NCBI GenBank assembly: GCA_047967505.1
Contig: CM106538.1
Source: Dipteris shenzhenensis
Taxonomy: Eukaryota
Direction: 5' to 3' (one strand)
Length of the DNA: 64,000 nt
The stretch's first letter is position 1, and every line of letters starts with the position of its first letter. Below, piece after piece: positions 23,101 to 34,824 of the stretch. Under the pieces are notes generated by a model that was not told where the DNA came from, made no database searches, and saw only the letters and a program-made list of their open reading frames with translations. Made by a program: the position numbers and the translations under genes.

Positions 23101-24695
23101 AATTTAGATTCATGTATTTACATCATCTTTGCTAGCAAATATCTTAACATGTTGTAGTAGTATAAATAACAAGGTAAAAAAGTCTAATATATCAACTAAT
23201 CCTAGAAATAGTCTTTACGGAAGGGAAATTTAACATTACCAAATAATAGCATCAAATACAAGGGGTGCGGAAATCTATGAGCAAGAAGAAGACAAGGGAC
23301 AAGCATTGGATACAATCCCCCCCCCCTTAGGTGTGTGGCTCTTGCTTCCACACCTAGAGTATTTATAGATATTTCATTAAGCTTAGAGCCATGAACACAA
23401 AAGATAAGTAGTTTCTTCTTGATCTCTCCTTTTTCATACTTTTCCCTCTCATCCATCCTTTTCCACACTTTACCTTTCTCCCATCCTTTTCCATACTTTT
23501 CATCTTATTCACCCTTTTACATACTTTTCCAAAAGTAAAGTGGATATGAGCTCAAAAGGCATGGTAGACATTTAAGCCCTCTATCATCTACAAAATCCTT
23601 TGAGCCTTATTATAAAATTAAGGCATATAGCCTTGTATATAAAGCTAGATAGATATTTCCATGAGCTTCTTCATTCCCATTCATCCATGTCTTCACCTAT
23701 ACTTAGGTAACCGATAACGTTAGATGTCACAATTAAATGCATCTCACATTAATCAATTCTAATGTTATAGTTTATAATCAAACATCATTAAACACATAAA
23801 TATGGCATCACACTATTGTATGGTCAAATAAGCATACACCATTAATTTTAGTATTTACAAATGGAATGACCCATGATACTAAATGGCAAAAATGTTCATG
23901 TCTAGTTAGGCATCCCCAACTATAAACACACAAAGCATAGATAGAACCCTCGCCATGTTTAGTGCACTTCTACCTAATACTTTGCTTACACGTAGTCACT
24001 CATTGACTACCAACAATCTTAGAAAGTAGGATGAAAAATAAATACACGTAACAATAGTAGTGGCCATAGAACTATGAGGAATTGTTCTACTACTAGTAGT
24101 AAAAAGGCCAGTGCTAGTACTTCTTTCCCACCAATCACATAATATCATTAGTAGTAGCAATTTTATTGGTAATAGTAGGGTTATTACTAGCAATATTATG
24201 GCCATTAATATGGATATTGTTTGGATGTTCTTACCTATTTTTGGTGAGATAGTGAATGTTCATTATGCTTCTAGAAGCGATTGACCACTCCAATATGGTG
24301 AATATTGGAGTAAATGTTTATAATGGTTGTGAGCCAATGAATGCAATTATGAATATGGAGTTATGTGTGAGGTTTTTTCAAAAAATAGATTGGTTTCTTT
24401 TCTTGATTAGATGCAATTGTACATGGAAGGAAAATTTAAATTTAACATCCAAACATGTATACACTTGGAAGGGGATAATTAGTAATTACAAAAAATGTAA
24501 AGATTCAAGTAAAGGGGCATTTTATGCATATGTTTGCTTGAACATGCTCTATGTGCTTTTAATGAGTGTCAAAGATACAATGCACAATGCAAGTGCAATT
24601 TTTGATGAAGCTCCAAATTCAAAAGTGGGCAGAATGCACTGAATGATGGAAAATGTAAATGCCAATGCCATTGCAATCTAAGATGAAGCTCCACA

Positions 24696-25061
24696 TGTGA
24701 AGATAGTGGGAGAGAGGGAAGGAGTCTCACTTGCGGCTTTCTCACATGCACAATGGGGGAATACACACAAAGGTGGAGGCTGAAAACAGTTTTCCTCTTC
24801 TTAGTTGTGAAAGCCAAAAGAACTCTAGTACAAAGAAAATACAAAGAAAATAGAAGAACCCTATATGTGGGTCTCAAACCAAACTCAACTAACTAAGGTG
24901 GCATACTAACTGAGCCACAAACTAGAGTAGATAAGGATAGTTGTCATCCAGCTATTATTTGTGGGCGGTGTACCAACCGCATTTGTAGCTCTAACAAGTC
25001 GGTGACATAAATGCACAACGGTCACTGTGGCATATCGCGAGTGGAGCTCGATATCTCAACA
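24696..25061 (-). repeat. 3' LTR of copia C
   Basis: TGTTGAGAT..CTTCACA on minus after PPT GAGGGGGAG; homologous to 31004-31363. Confidence 0.88.
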
Positions 25062-28000
25062 CTCCCCCTCGAGCTCAATCCCAATTCCTGCACACCAAGC
25101 AGGTCTCTGAACTTGCGCAGCTTCTCTATGCCCAATGCCTTCGTGAATATGTCAGCTACCTGATCCTCTGTGCTGACATAAACTAGATCAATAAGACCTA
25201 GTAACACTTTCTCCCTTACATAGTGATAATGCACCTCAATGTGCTTTGTTCTAGCATGAAAGACTGGGTCCTTTACCAAGTGTATACTGCTCATGTTGTC
25301 ACAATAAATGACAACTGGCCCATCTGTAGACTGATGCATATCATAAAGTAGCTTATGCAACCAAGCTACCTCACATGCAGCCATTGCTGCACCCCTATAC
25401 TCAGCCTCTGTGCTCGACAAGGCAACTGTAGGCTGTTTCTTGCTGCTCCAAGTGACTGCAGCACTCCCAAAAGAGAACACATATCCACTGGTAGATCGTC
25501 TATCACAAATACTACCAGCCCAATCAGCATCAGTATATCCATGCAACTGTATCTGAACCCCAGCCTCATAAAATAGTCCATACTGCAATGTGGACTTCAC
25601 ATACCTGAGTATGCGTCTAGCCGCATCCAAATGCGGTTTCCTTGGAGCCTGCATAAACTGACTTACCAATCCAACAGCATAGCTTAGATCTGGCCTGGTA
25701 ATGGTCATATAAATCAAACTTCCTACTATGCGTCTGTACATAGTAGGGTCTTTCAAAAGCTCACCTGCATCTGTGCTCAACTTCACATTCTGCTCCAAAG
25801 GAACTGAAACAGGCTTATAGCCTGTCATCCCATATTTGGACAGCATGTCCGATCCATACTGCCTCTGCAAGAGCTGTATCCCACTTGGTGATCTAATCAC
25901 CTCAATGCCCAAGAAATAACGCAGCTCTCCCAAATCCTTCATCTCAAACTTTTTCCTCAATAGCATTTTCACATGAAGGATATCTTCATCACTATCACCT
26001 GTGATGATCAAATCATCAACATAAATGACCAGCAGCATAATCCCTTTCTCTGTTTTTCTCACATAGAGTGAGAAATCTGCCTTGGAAATCTGAAAGCCAA
26101 TAGTGACAACATATTGTCCTATCTTGTCAGACCATGCTCTAGGTGCGTGCTTCAAGCCATACAAGGCTTTCTTCAACCTCTGCAAACAAACTCAGGATGA
26201 ATAGCATGAACATAACCTGCTGGCTGCTCCATAAAGACCTCTTCTTGCAAATCACCATGCAAGAAGGCATTCTTTACATCCATCTGATGTAAAGACCATC
26301 CCTTTGATGCAGCCATAGCAATGGCTGCTCTTACGGTTGCCATCCTTGCAACCGGACTGAAAGTTTCTTCATAATCAATGCCATATGTCTGTGCATACCC
26401 CTTGACAACTAATCTTGCCTTGTATCTATTCACAGAACCATCTGCATTGTGCTTGATCTTATAAACCAACTTACAGCCAATTGCATTCTTTTCTTTAGGC
26501 AAAGGCACCAATTCCCATGTAGCATTTGCATCCAAGGCATCCATTTCTTCATCCATGGCTTTCTCCCATTTTTCATTTCCCATGGCTTGCTCAAAAGAAG
26601 TGGGTTCTGGTTCCTGTATCACTTTGACCATATAGGCATAGTGAATGGCTGTAAATCCATCATATTTCAGCCTATCCACAGGATACCTAACCCTGGTAGA
26701 CCTGCGCAAAATAGGCTCACTTCCAGGTGCTCTCAAAACATCCCTGGTCTTCCTTACTCCAGGTATAACAACAGAAGGAATACCCAACTCATCATCAATG
26801 CTTTGTTCTGAGCCACTGGATTCACCATCGACATAAGAGCGACCAACATTCACATCAAACATGGGCTAATCTACCTTCTCTTTTCCTTTTCGTGATACCT
26901 GCATACCACTCTCTGCATTGCTTTGAGGAGATTCTCCTGATCTCAATCTGCCTGTCCATGGCGAAGTATGTGAACCACTGCTAGAGGACACTCCATGTCC
27001 ACTAATATTTTGTGATTGCTGCTGTGAATTCTATGTAGCATTACCATTTTGTGCATCTACATCAATCATTACATTTACTGGTTTATACCAGTTGCTCATC
27101 TCATCAAAAACAACATCTCTGCTCACTGTGAACTTTCGTGTAGGAGGGTTATAGCATCTATACCCTTTCTGCTGCAGAGAATAACCAATAAAGATGCACT
27201 TCTCAGCTTTTGGATCCAACTTGGACCTCAACTCATCTGGCACATGGACATAGGCAATGCAACCAAAAATTTTCAAATGAGAAATATCTAGTTTCCTACC
27301 AGTATACATCTCCTCTGGCGTCATGCCATGTATTGTTGTAGTGGGAGTCCTGTTCATTATATAAACTATTGTAGCAACTGCTTCAGCCCAATAATAATCT
27401 GGTAGATCTTTTTCATTTAGCATAGCCCGAGATACCTCTCCAATATGCCTGTTTTTCCTTTCTGCAATTCCATTTTGTTGTGGGGTATGACTGCATGAAT
27501 ATTGCTGCTTTATACCATGCTCCTGCAAGAACCTTGCAAACTCATTTGAGAGATACTCTCCCCCTCCATCTGACCTTAGGCATTTTATTTGCAGGCCTGT
27601 TTCTTTTTCAACCATAGCCTTAAAAGCTTTGAAGTGCCCAAACACTTCACTTTTCTTTTTCATAAAATACACCCAAAGTTTTCTGCTGAAGTCATTAATA
27701 AATGTGACAAAATAGTGATAGCCTCCAATAGATGCAGCTTTAGTAGTCCACACATCAGAGTGGATTAATTCCAATGGCTTTTTACTCTCTTGAACATGCT
27801 TACAAAATGGTTTCCTTGCCTGTTTTCCAAATTGACAGGCTTCACACACCTTATGCATTTCTGCAACCTTGAATTTAGGCAATCCTGCAACAATATTTTG
27901 GGCCTACATTGATTTAAGTCACTGTACATTAACATGACCAATGCGTTTATGCCAGATATCAATATTTGCAACTACACCGGTCCCGTGTGCAAACATTGCT

Positions 28001-29830
28001 GCACTCAATTCAGGCATGTCCGCATCCAGCGTAAACATCCTGCCTTTCTTCTTTCCTTTTACTATCAAGCGACCATTATTTTTCATATCCTCAACAAAAC
28101 ATCCATGAGGATTGAATCTGACCTGCAAGCCCTGCTCAACCATTTGACCAACAGAAACCAGGTTCTTGGTGATGTTCGGGACATGAAATACATCAGACAA
28201 GTATTTCTTTTTCCCATCTTGCATAGACAAAGGAATTTTGCCAATCTGCACAATAGGATGTGCAGTATCATCACCAGTCTCCACAAATCCTCGTTTTTCC
28301 ATTTTCCTTGCATCCTGCATCCATTCAGCATGACCTGTCATGTGGTTTGATGCACCTGAGTTAACATACCACACCATTGCTTTCTTCTGCACTTGTCACA
28401 GAATTTGTCATATGCTGTACCATAAACAAATGCTCATTTCTGTCATCACCCTGTCTACTAGAGGATGCATAATTGCCTTGTTGCAATTTTCCATTCATAA
28501 TGCCATTCTGCTTTTTGTAGCAGTCTTTAGCCATATGCCCCATTTTACCACAGTAGTAGCATTCAACATTGTTGTTTGCATTTTGACCTCTCTGCCATCC
28601 ACCACGACCTCTTTGGCTCCCCCTGCCTCTAGAGTTACCACGTCCTCCTGCATAGAACTGGTTTTCTTGAGTTTGCTGCATATTCTGATTTCTACCACGG
28701 CCTCCAGATCGGCCTCCTCTACCTCTGCCTCTACTCCTTCCAGCATTTGAGTAGAAGACAGTTTCTTTTGAGGTTCCTCCTGAAGAAGATGCACCACCAT
28801 TTCTCTGCTCTTCAGAGATTAGAAGAGCAATCAACTCCTCAAAATTAGGAAATTTTTCACGGACGGCAATGGATGTCCGGAACTGTGCATAATCCTTTCC
28901 TAGACCATTCAAGGTCACAGAAACTAAATCGTCATCATCCACTGGCGACCCAATGGAAGCAAGTGCATCCGCAATTTTCTTCATCTTCATGTGGTAGTCA
29001 TTGATGCTCATATTTTCTCTCTGCACACATTGTGCAACTCCTGCTTGAGCTGCATTTTCCTGGCCTGCGTATTTGTGCTGTACATTTTAGCCAAAGTATC
29101 CCATGCCACCTTTGGCATACTTGCATCCTGAATATGGACAATCATTGAATTTGAAATACTGATAGACAGCCAGTACATAACTTTTCTGGATCTCTCATGC
29201 CATCCTTTAAATGCCTGCATTTCCTGTTGATTGGGAACATTAGGAAGAACTGGTTCTTCTTCATTTCCTGTGATGAACTCCCAGTAGCCTTTTCCCATAA
29301 GGAAATTCGTCATTCTAAACTTCCATGCTTGGAAGTTGTTCTTGTCAAGCTTTTCAGTGACAATCTGTGAAAGAGAATCAGACGCCATCACAGAACACTG
29401 CAAAATATTCTATCACTGCAAAAAACACAGGTTCTGCCTCACAAGGGCAAATCTGCAAAACTGACGAAAGTGGTTTTTGACCACACAGTCACTTCCTAGT
29501 GACGATTTTGCATCAACAGGCAATAAGGATGATTCTGCAACTCCCAATATCTCTGTGCACAGGCATACGATGCAATTTATGCGGTAACTTCTCACCGACC
29601 AGCAGAGCAGTGGTCGCACAACAAAAACAGGGCCTTTTTCTGAGTGCCTGCGAAGAACTTCTGCCTTCAAAACGGGCCCCGAAATGGCCTCAAATCAGAA
29701 AAATAAAGTCACCGGGGGCTTTGCCTTCACCCGTAGCATATACTACGCTCTCGCCACACTGCGAAGGGCATCTCAATCTGAGACAGTGCACTCTTGCACT
29801 TCTGGCTGTGCTGCACTCTCATGGATGGGA
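24696..29830 (-). mobile_element. Ty1/copia element C; 5' LTR and PBS missing, gag-pol frameshifted
   Basis: Minus-strand ORFs 29008-29403 and 28361-29026 (gag, CCHC), 27919-28392 (PR), 27031-27882 (IN), 26173-26862 and 25022-26185 (RT/RH); PPT then 3' LTR. Confidence 0.93.
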
Positions 29831-30190
29831 AAATAGGGGATAAAAGAAGTTATAGGTCTTTTCGATACTCTTTTCCATAGGAGAAAGATTTATATGGTTT
29901 CATCCCATTTGGCAACTATCCAATATGCTTGCACAAAAGCAAATCCACTTTGCCTAGTAGCTTGTACAAGTCATTGAGACTAAGGATGGTCCTTGGATAA
30001 ATTTGTCCATCAAAAATCATTTACCCATTCGGTGATATGGATGGTTTCATTGCTAAGAACTTCCTAGCAGATCTCGGGTATACTACCTTAATTCTTGTGA
30101 GTATTTATGATCAAAACATCACCACATGCCAGGCATCTGGACTACTTGTTTGTTGTCAAGCCTATAATAATAACCCTGTAAATACTAGTG

Positions 30191-31363
30191 GCTCTTAGAG
30201 AGGCAATATGGATTGGACATGCTGTCCAAATATGGGATGATAGGCTGTAAGCCTATTTCAACTCCTTTGGAGCAAAATGTGAAGTTGAGTGCAGATGTAG
30301 GTGAGCTTTTGGAAGACCCTACTATGTACAGTCGCATAGTAGGAAGTTTGATTTATATGACTATTACCAAGCCAGATTTGAGCTATGCTGTTGGGTTGGT
30401 AAGTCAGTTTATGCAGGCTCCAAGGAAACAGCATTTGGATGTGGCTAGACACATACTGAGGTATGTGAAGTCCACATTGCAATATGGACTATTTTATGAG
30501 AGTGGGGTTCAGATACAATTGCATGGATACACTGATACCGATTGGGTTGGTAGTATTATTGATAGACAATCTACCAATGGATATGTGTTCTCTTTTGGGA
30601 GTGCTACAATAACTTGGAGCAGCAAGAAACAGCCTACAGTTGCCTTGTTGAGCAGAGAGGTTGAGTACAGGGGTGCAGCAATGACTGCATGTGAGGTAGC
30701 TTGGTTGCATAAGCTACTTTATGATATGCATCAGTCTACAGATGGGCCAGTTGTCATTTATTGTGACAACATGAATAGTATACACTTAGCAAATAACCCA
30801 GTCTATCATGCTAGAACAAAGCACATTGAGGTGCATTATCACTATGTGCGGGAAAAGGTTCTAGTAGGTTTTATTGATCTAGTTTATGTCAGCACAGAGC
30901 ATCAGGTAGCTGACATATTCACAAAGGCATTGGGCACATAGAAGCTATGCAAGTTTAGAGACCTACTTGGTGTGCAAGAATTGGGATTGAGCTCGAGGGG
31001 GAGTGTTGAGATATCAAGCTTCACTTGTGATATGCCAAGGTGACCATTGTGCATTTATGTCATCGACTTGTTAGCTGCAGATGCGATTGGTACACCGCCC
31101 ATGAATAATAGCTAGATGACAGTTATCTTTATGTACTCTAGTTAGTGGCTCAGTTAGTATGCCACCTAGGTTAGCTGAGTTTGGTTTGAGATCCACATAT
31201 AGGGTTCATCTATTCCTTTTGTACTAAGAGAGAGAGTTCTTTTGGTTTCCACAACTAAGAAGAGGAAAACTATTTTTAGCCTCCACCTTTGTGTGTATTC
31301 CCCCATTGTGTATGTGAGAAAGCTACAAGTGAGACTCCTTACTTCTCTCCCACTCTCTTCACA
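30191..31363 (+). mobile_element. Copia C' fragment (RT end, RNase H, PPT, 3' LTR at 31004-31363), same family as C, opposite orientation
   Basis: ORF 30213-30941 closely parallels 25022-26185; LTR is the reverse-complement homologue of 24696-25061. Confidence 0.9.
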
Positions 31364-31399
31364 GTAACAACCCTACCAACACCTCGGGAGATGCACACC

Positions 31400-34067
31400 C
31401 AAGGCGATGCTCTCTAACATGAGAAATGGCATACAGAAAATGAAAAGGGTGCACAGCTTAGACCAACTAGCTACAAATGGCTTGGGTGCACAATGTTGAA
31501 GATGTTGTCAATTAGGAGGACCAACGTGACTCCAATGATTGAACATAGAGCACAAGCAATGCACGATCATCCTGATCTGAGAAGTCTGTGGGCTTCAACA
31601 GAATGCAAGAAAATGAGAGACAGCCTAAGTGCAGAAGTCATTGCTACATTGACGAGGTTTTGGCATGAAAATACGAGAGTTTCTCCGAATGGAAAGGACA
31701 TATGTAAGAAGTAGACAAGACGCAAGATGTTTGAGGAGCACATCATACACTTGCTAGATTCAACGCAGGTCAGTGGTGCCTATATCATCTCAATGGTTGT
31801 TTGTGATTGATCTTTGGGATAGTCTACTTGTTTTATTTCTTAAACTAGGATTGGACTAAATGTGATTGTCCTAAACCAACCCGATGGTTGGAACATCATG
31901 CAACCATAGGCTAGTTCATCTCAATCGCTAGTTATGTGATTGTCCTAAATTGATCTTTGGGATAGTTCGCTTGTTTCATTTCTTAAACCAGGCTTGGACT
32001 AAATGTGATTGTCCTAAACCAACTCGATGGTTGAAACATCGTGCAACCATAGGCTGGTTCATCTCAATCACCAGTTATGTGATTGTCCTAAACCAGCGAG
32101 GTTGAATAGACATTAGTTGTTGTCCAGCTTGATGGCATGGTTGAGAAGAAATTAATAGCAATATATTTTGCAATATATTGTTATTTTACTAAACCATCCC
32201 GATGGTTGGAACATCATGTAACCATGGCTACTTTAGCTCAATCACCAGTTATGTGATTGTCCTGAACTAGAATGGTTAAACATACATTAGTTATTGACCA
32301 GCTCGGTGGTTGAAATTATTGTGTTTCTTAGTACTTAAATTCGTTAAATTTAATTTCTTGCTATTCGGGTCATATACCCTGTTAAATTATGAAATTCAAA
32401 AATGAAAAGCAATATATTGTTATTTTTTAATGGTAAAATTCAGAAATGAAAAGCAATATACTTGTTATTGTCTAAAATGTGAAGTTGATACCCTTAGGCC
32501 AAGCCATCCTGTTGGTTGAAATTGTGACAATGTCCCAAACCATCCTGGTGGTTGAAAATTGTGACTGTCCTAAACGTGTCCTAAACCATCCCGATGGTTG
32601 ACTATCCTAAACGTGTCCTAAACCAGTTTGGTGATTGAAATTGTGACTGTCTTAAACCAACATGGTGGTTGAAAATTGTTTTGCTTCATTATATACTTTA
32701 ATTAGACTATGCTTTGTCTTCTTTTAGTAGTGGTAGCAAAAAAGGGGCTCACTATTCTGTTGTTCCCACATGTTGGGTCAGCAGCAGACGGAGTAGAATC
32801 TCAAGTTTATGGATCAAAATCTAGATATTTCAATTGGGCAGAGGAGCTTTGAGCATTGTAAGCCCTAGTTCGTTAGGAAAATCAAAGATAGGAATGTTTG
32901 TTGTTACAAAACACACATAGACTTTGACTTGGCCCGGCAAATTATGAATGACTTGAGATCTGGTCATCTTGGAGCATTGCTCCATGGGGATTTGCCTCCC
33001 CGATGAATGCGTAGTCTATAGGTCACCTGGATCGTCATTGTGTGATGCAAGGGAGGGCAGGTTTTATAGCCTAAGGTCTCTATTGGAGCGAGTGGTTTGT
33101 CCACAGAGAGACCATGAGTGGCACAAGATTGAATGCATTCGTGGCACATGCAAGGATTGTAGTTTGAAGCTAAAGAAGAAGACATTCAATGTCTGTCTAA
33201 ATGAAATGAGGAAAGGCAACCATGCTACTCTAAAATGGAGGAGATTTGAAAATGTCAATGTTGAAGGATCTGATAAAAAGATATGGCTACTGTCATATAA
33301 GAGCACCCAACCAAGGGAGCTTGTAGGTCACATGGTTCAATCCATCCCAAAATATGTGATTCACAATTTTACCACCAACTGCTACACGATAGGCAGTTCA
33401 GAACGTGCCTTTCCAATTTTCCCTGTGACACTATTGTATCTGTCATAGATTTTGTAGAAAATTATTTATTTCAAGAACAAGATGAGATACAAAGTGCTCA
33501 TTGGTATAACAAGCAAATACCACTTCTTGTGCATATCACGTAAAGTCATTTGCTTGATTCTTCCATGCCTGATGCCAATCTTCTTGCTGACTCATAGAAG
33601 TCCAGTTCAGTGCAATGCACGTACCATTTCTACATTTTAGATGATGCAGTATGCTTTTCTACTGCATTGGGAATGGCTGAAAAAAAAATCCCCATGTAGA
33701 AAATATAAAACAACATTGGGTGTGGTCTGATGGTGCTGCCTCTCAATTTAAATCAGCCCATGGATTCTACTTCATCTCAAGGTTTAAATCCCTAACCGGT
33801 CTAGACATGATGTGGAATTTCTTTGGGTCTAGCCACGGCAAGGGTGAACATGATGGATGTAGTGCTGTTATTAAGCAAGCTCTGTTTAAACACCAATTAA
33901 CATGCCCTAAAGAAAAACTCAATAATGCCCATGATGCTATAACATGGCTTACATCCAACCTCTCCACATGCGCGTATTCAACATACAGTAAACAAAGCCT
34001 TAAGAATACTATAGTATGCAGAGTGTTACATGAAGTGAAAGTGGATGAAGTGCAAAGGAGAAACTAG
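31400..34067 (+). pseudogene. Sola2-like DDD transposase pseudogene with a ~1-kb intron (31769 to ~32787)
   Basis: IGQRSFEHCKP*FV, CIRGTCKDC, DFVENY..QDEIQSAHW, WSDGAASQFKS, WNFFGSSHGKGEHDG; multiple stops and frameshifts. Confidence 0.72.
31808..32675. repeat. Intronic repeat region: ~143-bp tandem duplication plus about a dozen TAAACCA-N-GGTTG modules
   Basis: tgatctttgggatagt at 31808 and 31951; gtcctaaaccatcccgatggttg-type units recur to ~32675. Confidence 0.8.
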
Positions 34068-34133
34068 CTCGGTCTTGGCCTTCTTCAAGTTGAGCTCCTT
34101 GTCTTTTGTATCTTTTCGCCCATATGGCAAATT

Positions 34134-34824
34134 TGTAAGAAAACAATACATCTGTGCTCAATAGATAATAGGATCTCGTACGCAAGAGAGAAAAACAGAT
34201 AGTATGGAGAATCAAAATTTTGATTACTGTAAAACTGATACAATAGATGGCAATGCCTCCCAGCCGTGTGCTCCTGTGAGAGAAGCTTCGATGGCGTGCT
34301 GGAAACAGTAGAGCACGGAGGTTGGATGCTAAGGAATTAGGGTTGCTATAGCCAGTGATGAAATGGGCTTCACGGGCTTGCTCTTATGTAGCCACCACTA
34401 GTAGTCGGTTAGACCCAATCGGGTGATTGACCTAGTCCACCCAAAACAGTTGATTGGGGGTCGGTCGGTCCTAAAATAGTCCCGAAATAGGCCACCGACC
34501 ACACGATAGAACTAGTGCGCAAAATAGAGCAATTGACCTACATTATCCATTCGGCCCACAACCATTCGGGATCATCTGGGGCTCCAAACAGGCCCTGCAA
34601 CCCAAGAGTGGTTGGGCTGCCCCGGGAAATGCTCCATCTACCATTAGTGCGGTTAGTCATGGGATGCCTTCCCACACTTGCATGTAGCCTAGTTGGTAGT
34701 GTGCCAACTCTATCTGAAGCCATCCAGCCATCAGGCCACACATGGCCCCCATCTGGTGTCCGAACGTGGACCTACCAGATAACCGAGCTACTCAAATGCC
34801 TTCTCCTCATATGGGGGGCTTACA
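34134..34824 (-). mobile_element. LTR-like segment (TGTAAG...CTTACA termini)
   Basis: Short terminal inverted repeat; minus-strand start TGTAAGCCCCCCATATGAGGAG shared with segments ending at 42631 and 54288; no TSD. Confidence 0.5.

Noticed and set aside
31865-32675. CRISPR array (palindromic repeats with spacers)
   Set aside because: Repeats are degenerate, spacers are themselves repetitive and irregular, there are no cas genes, and the context is a eukaryotic intron.
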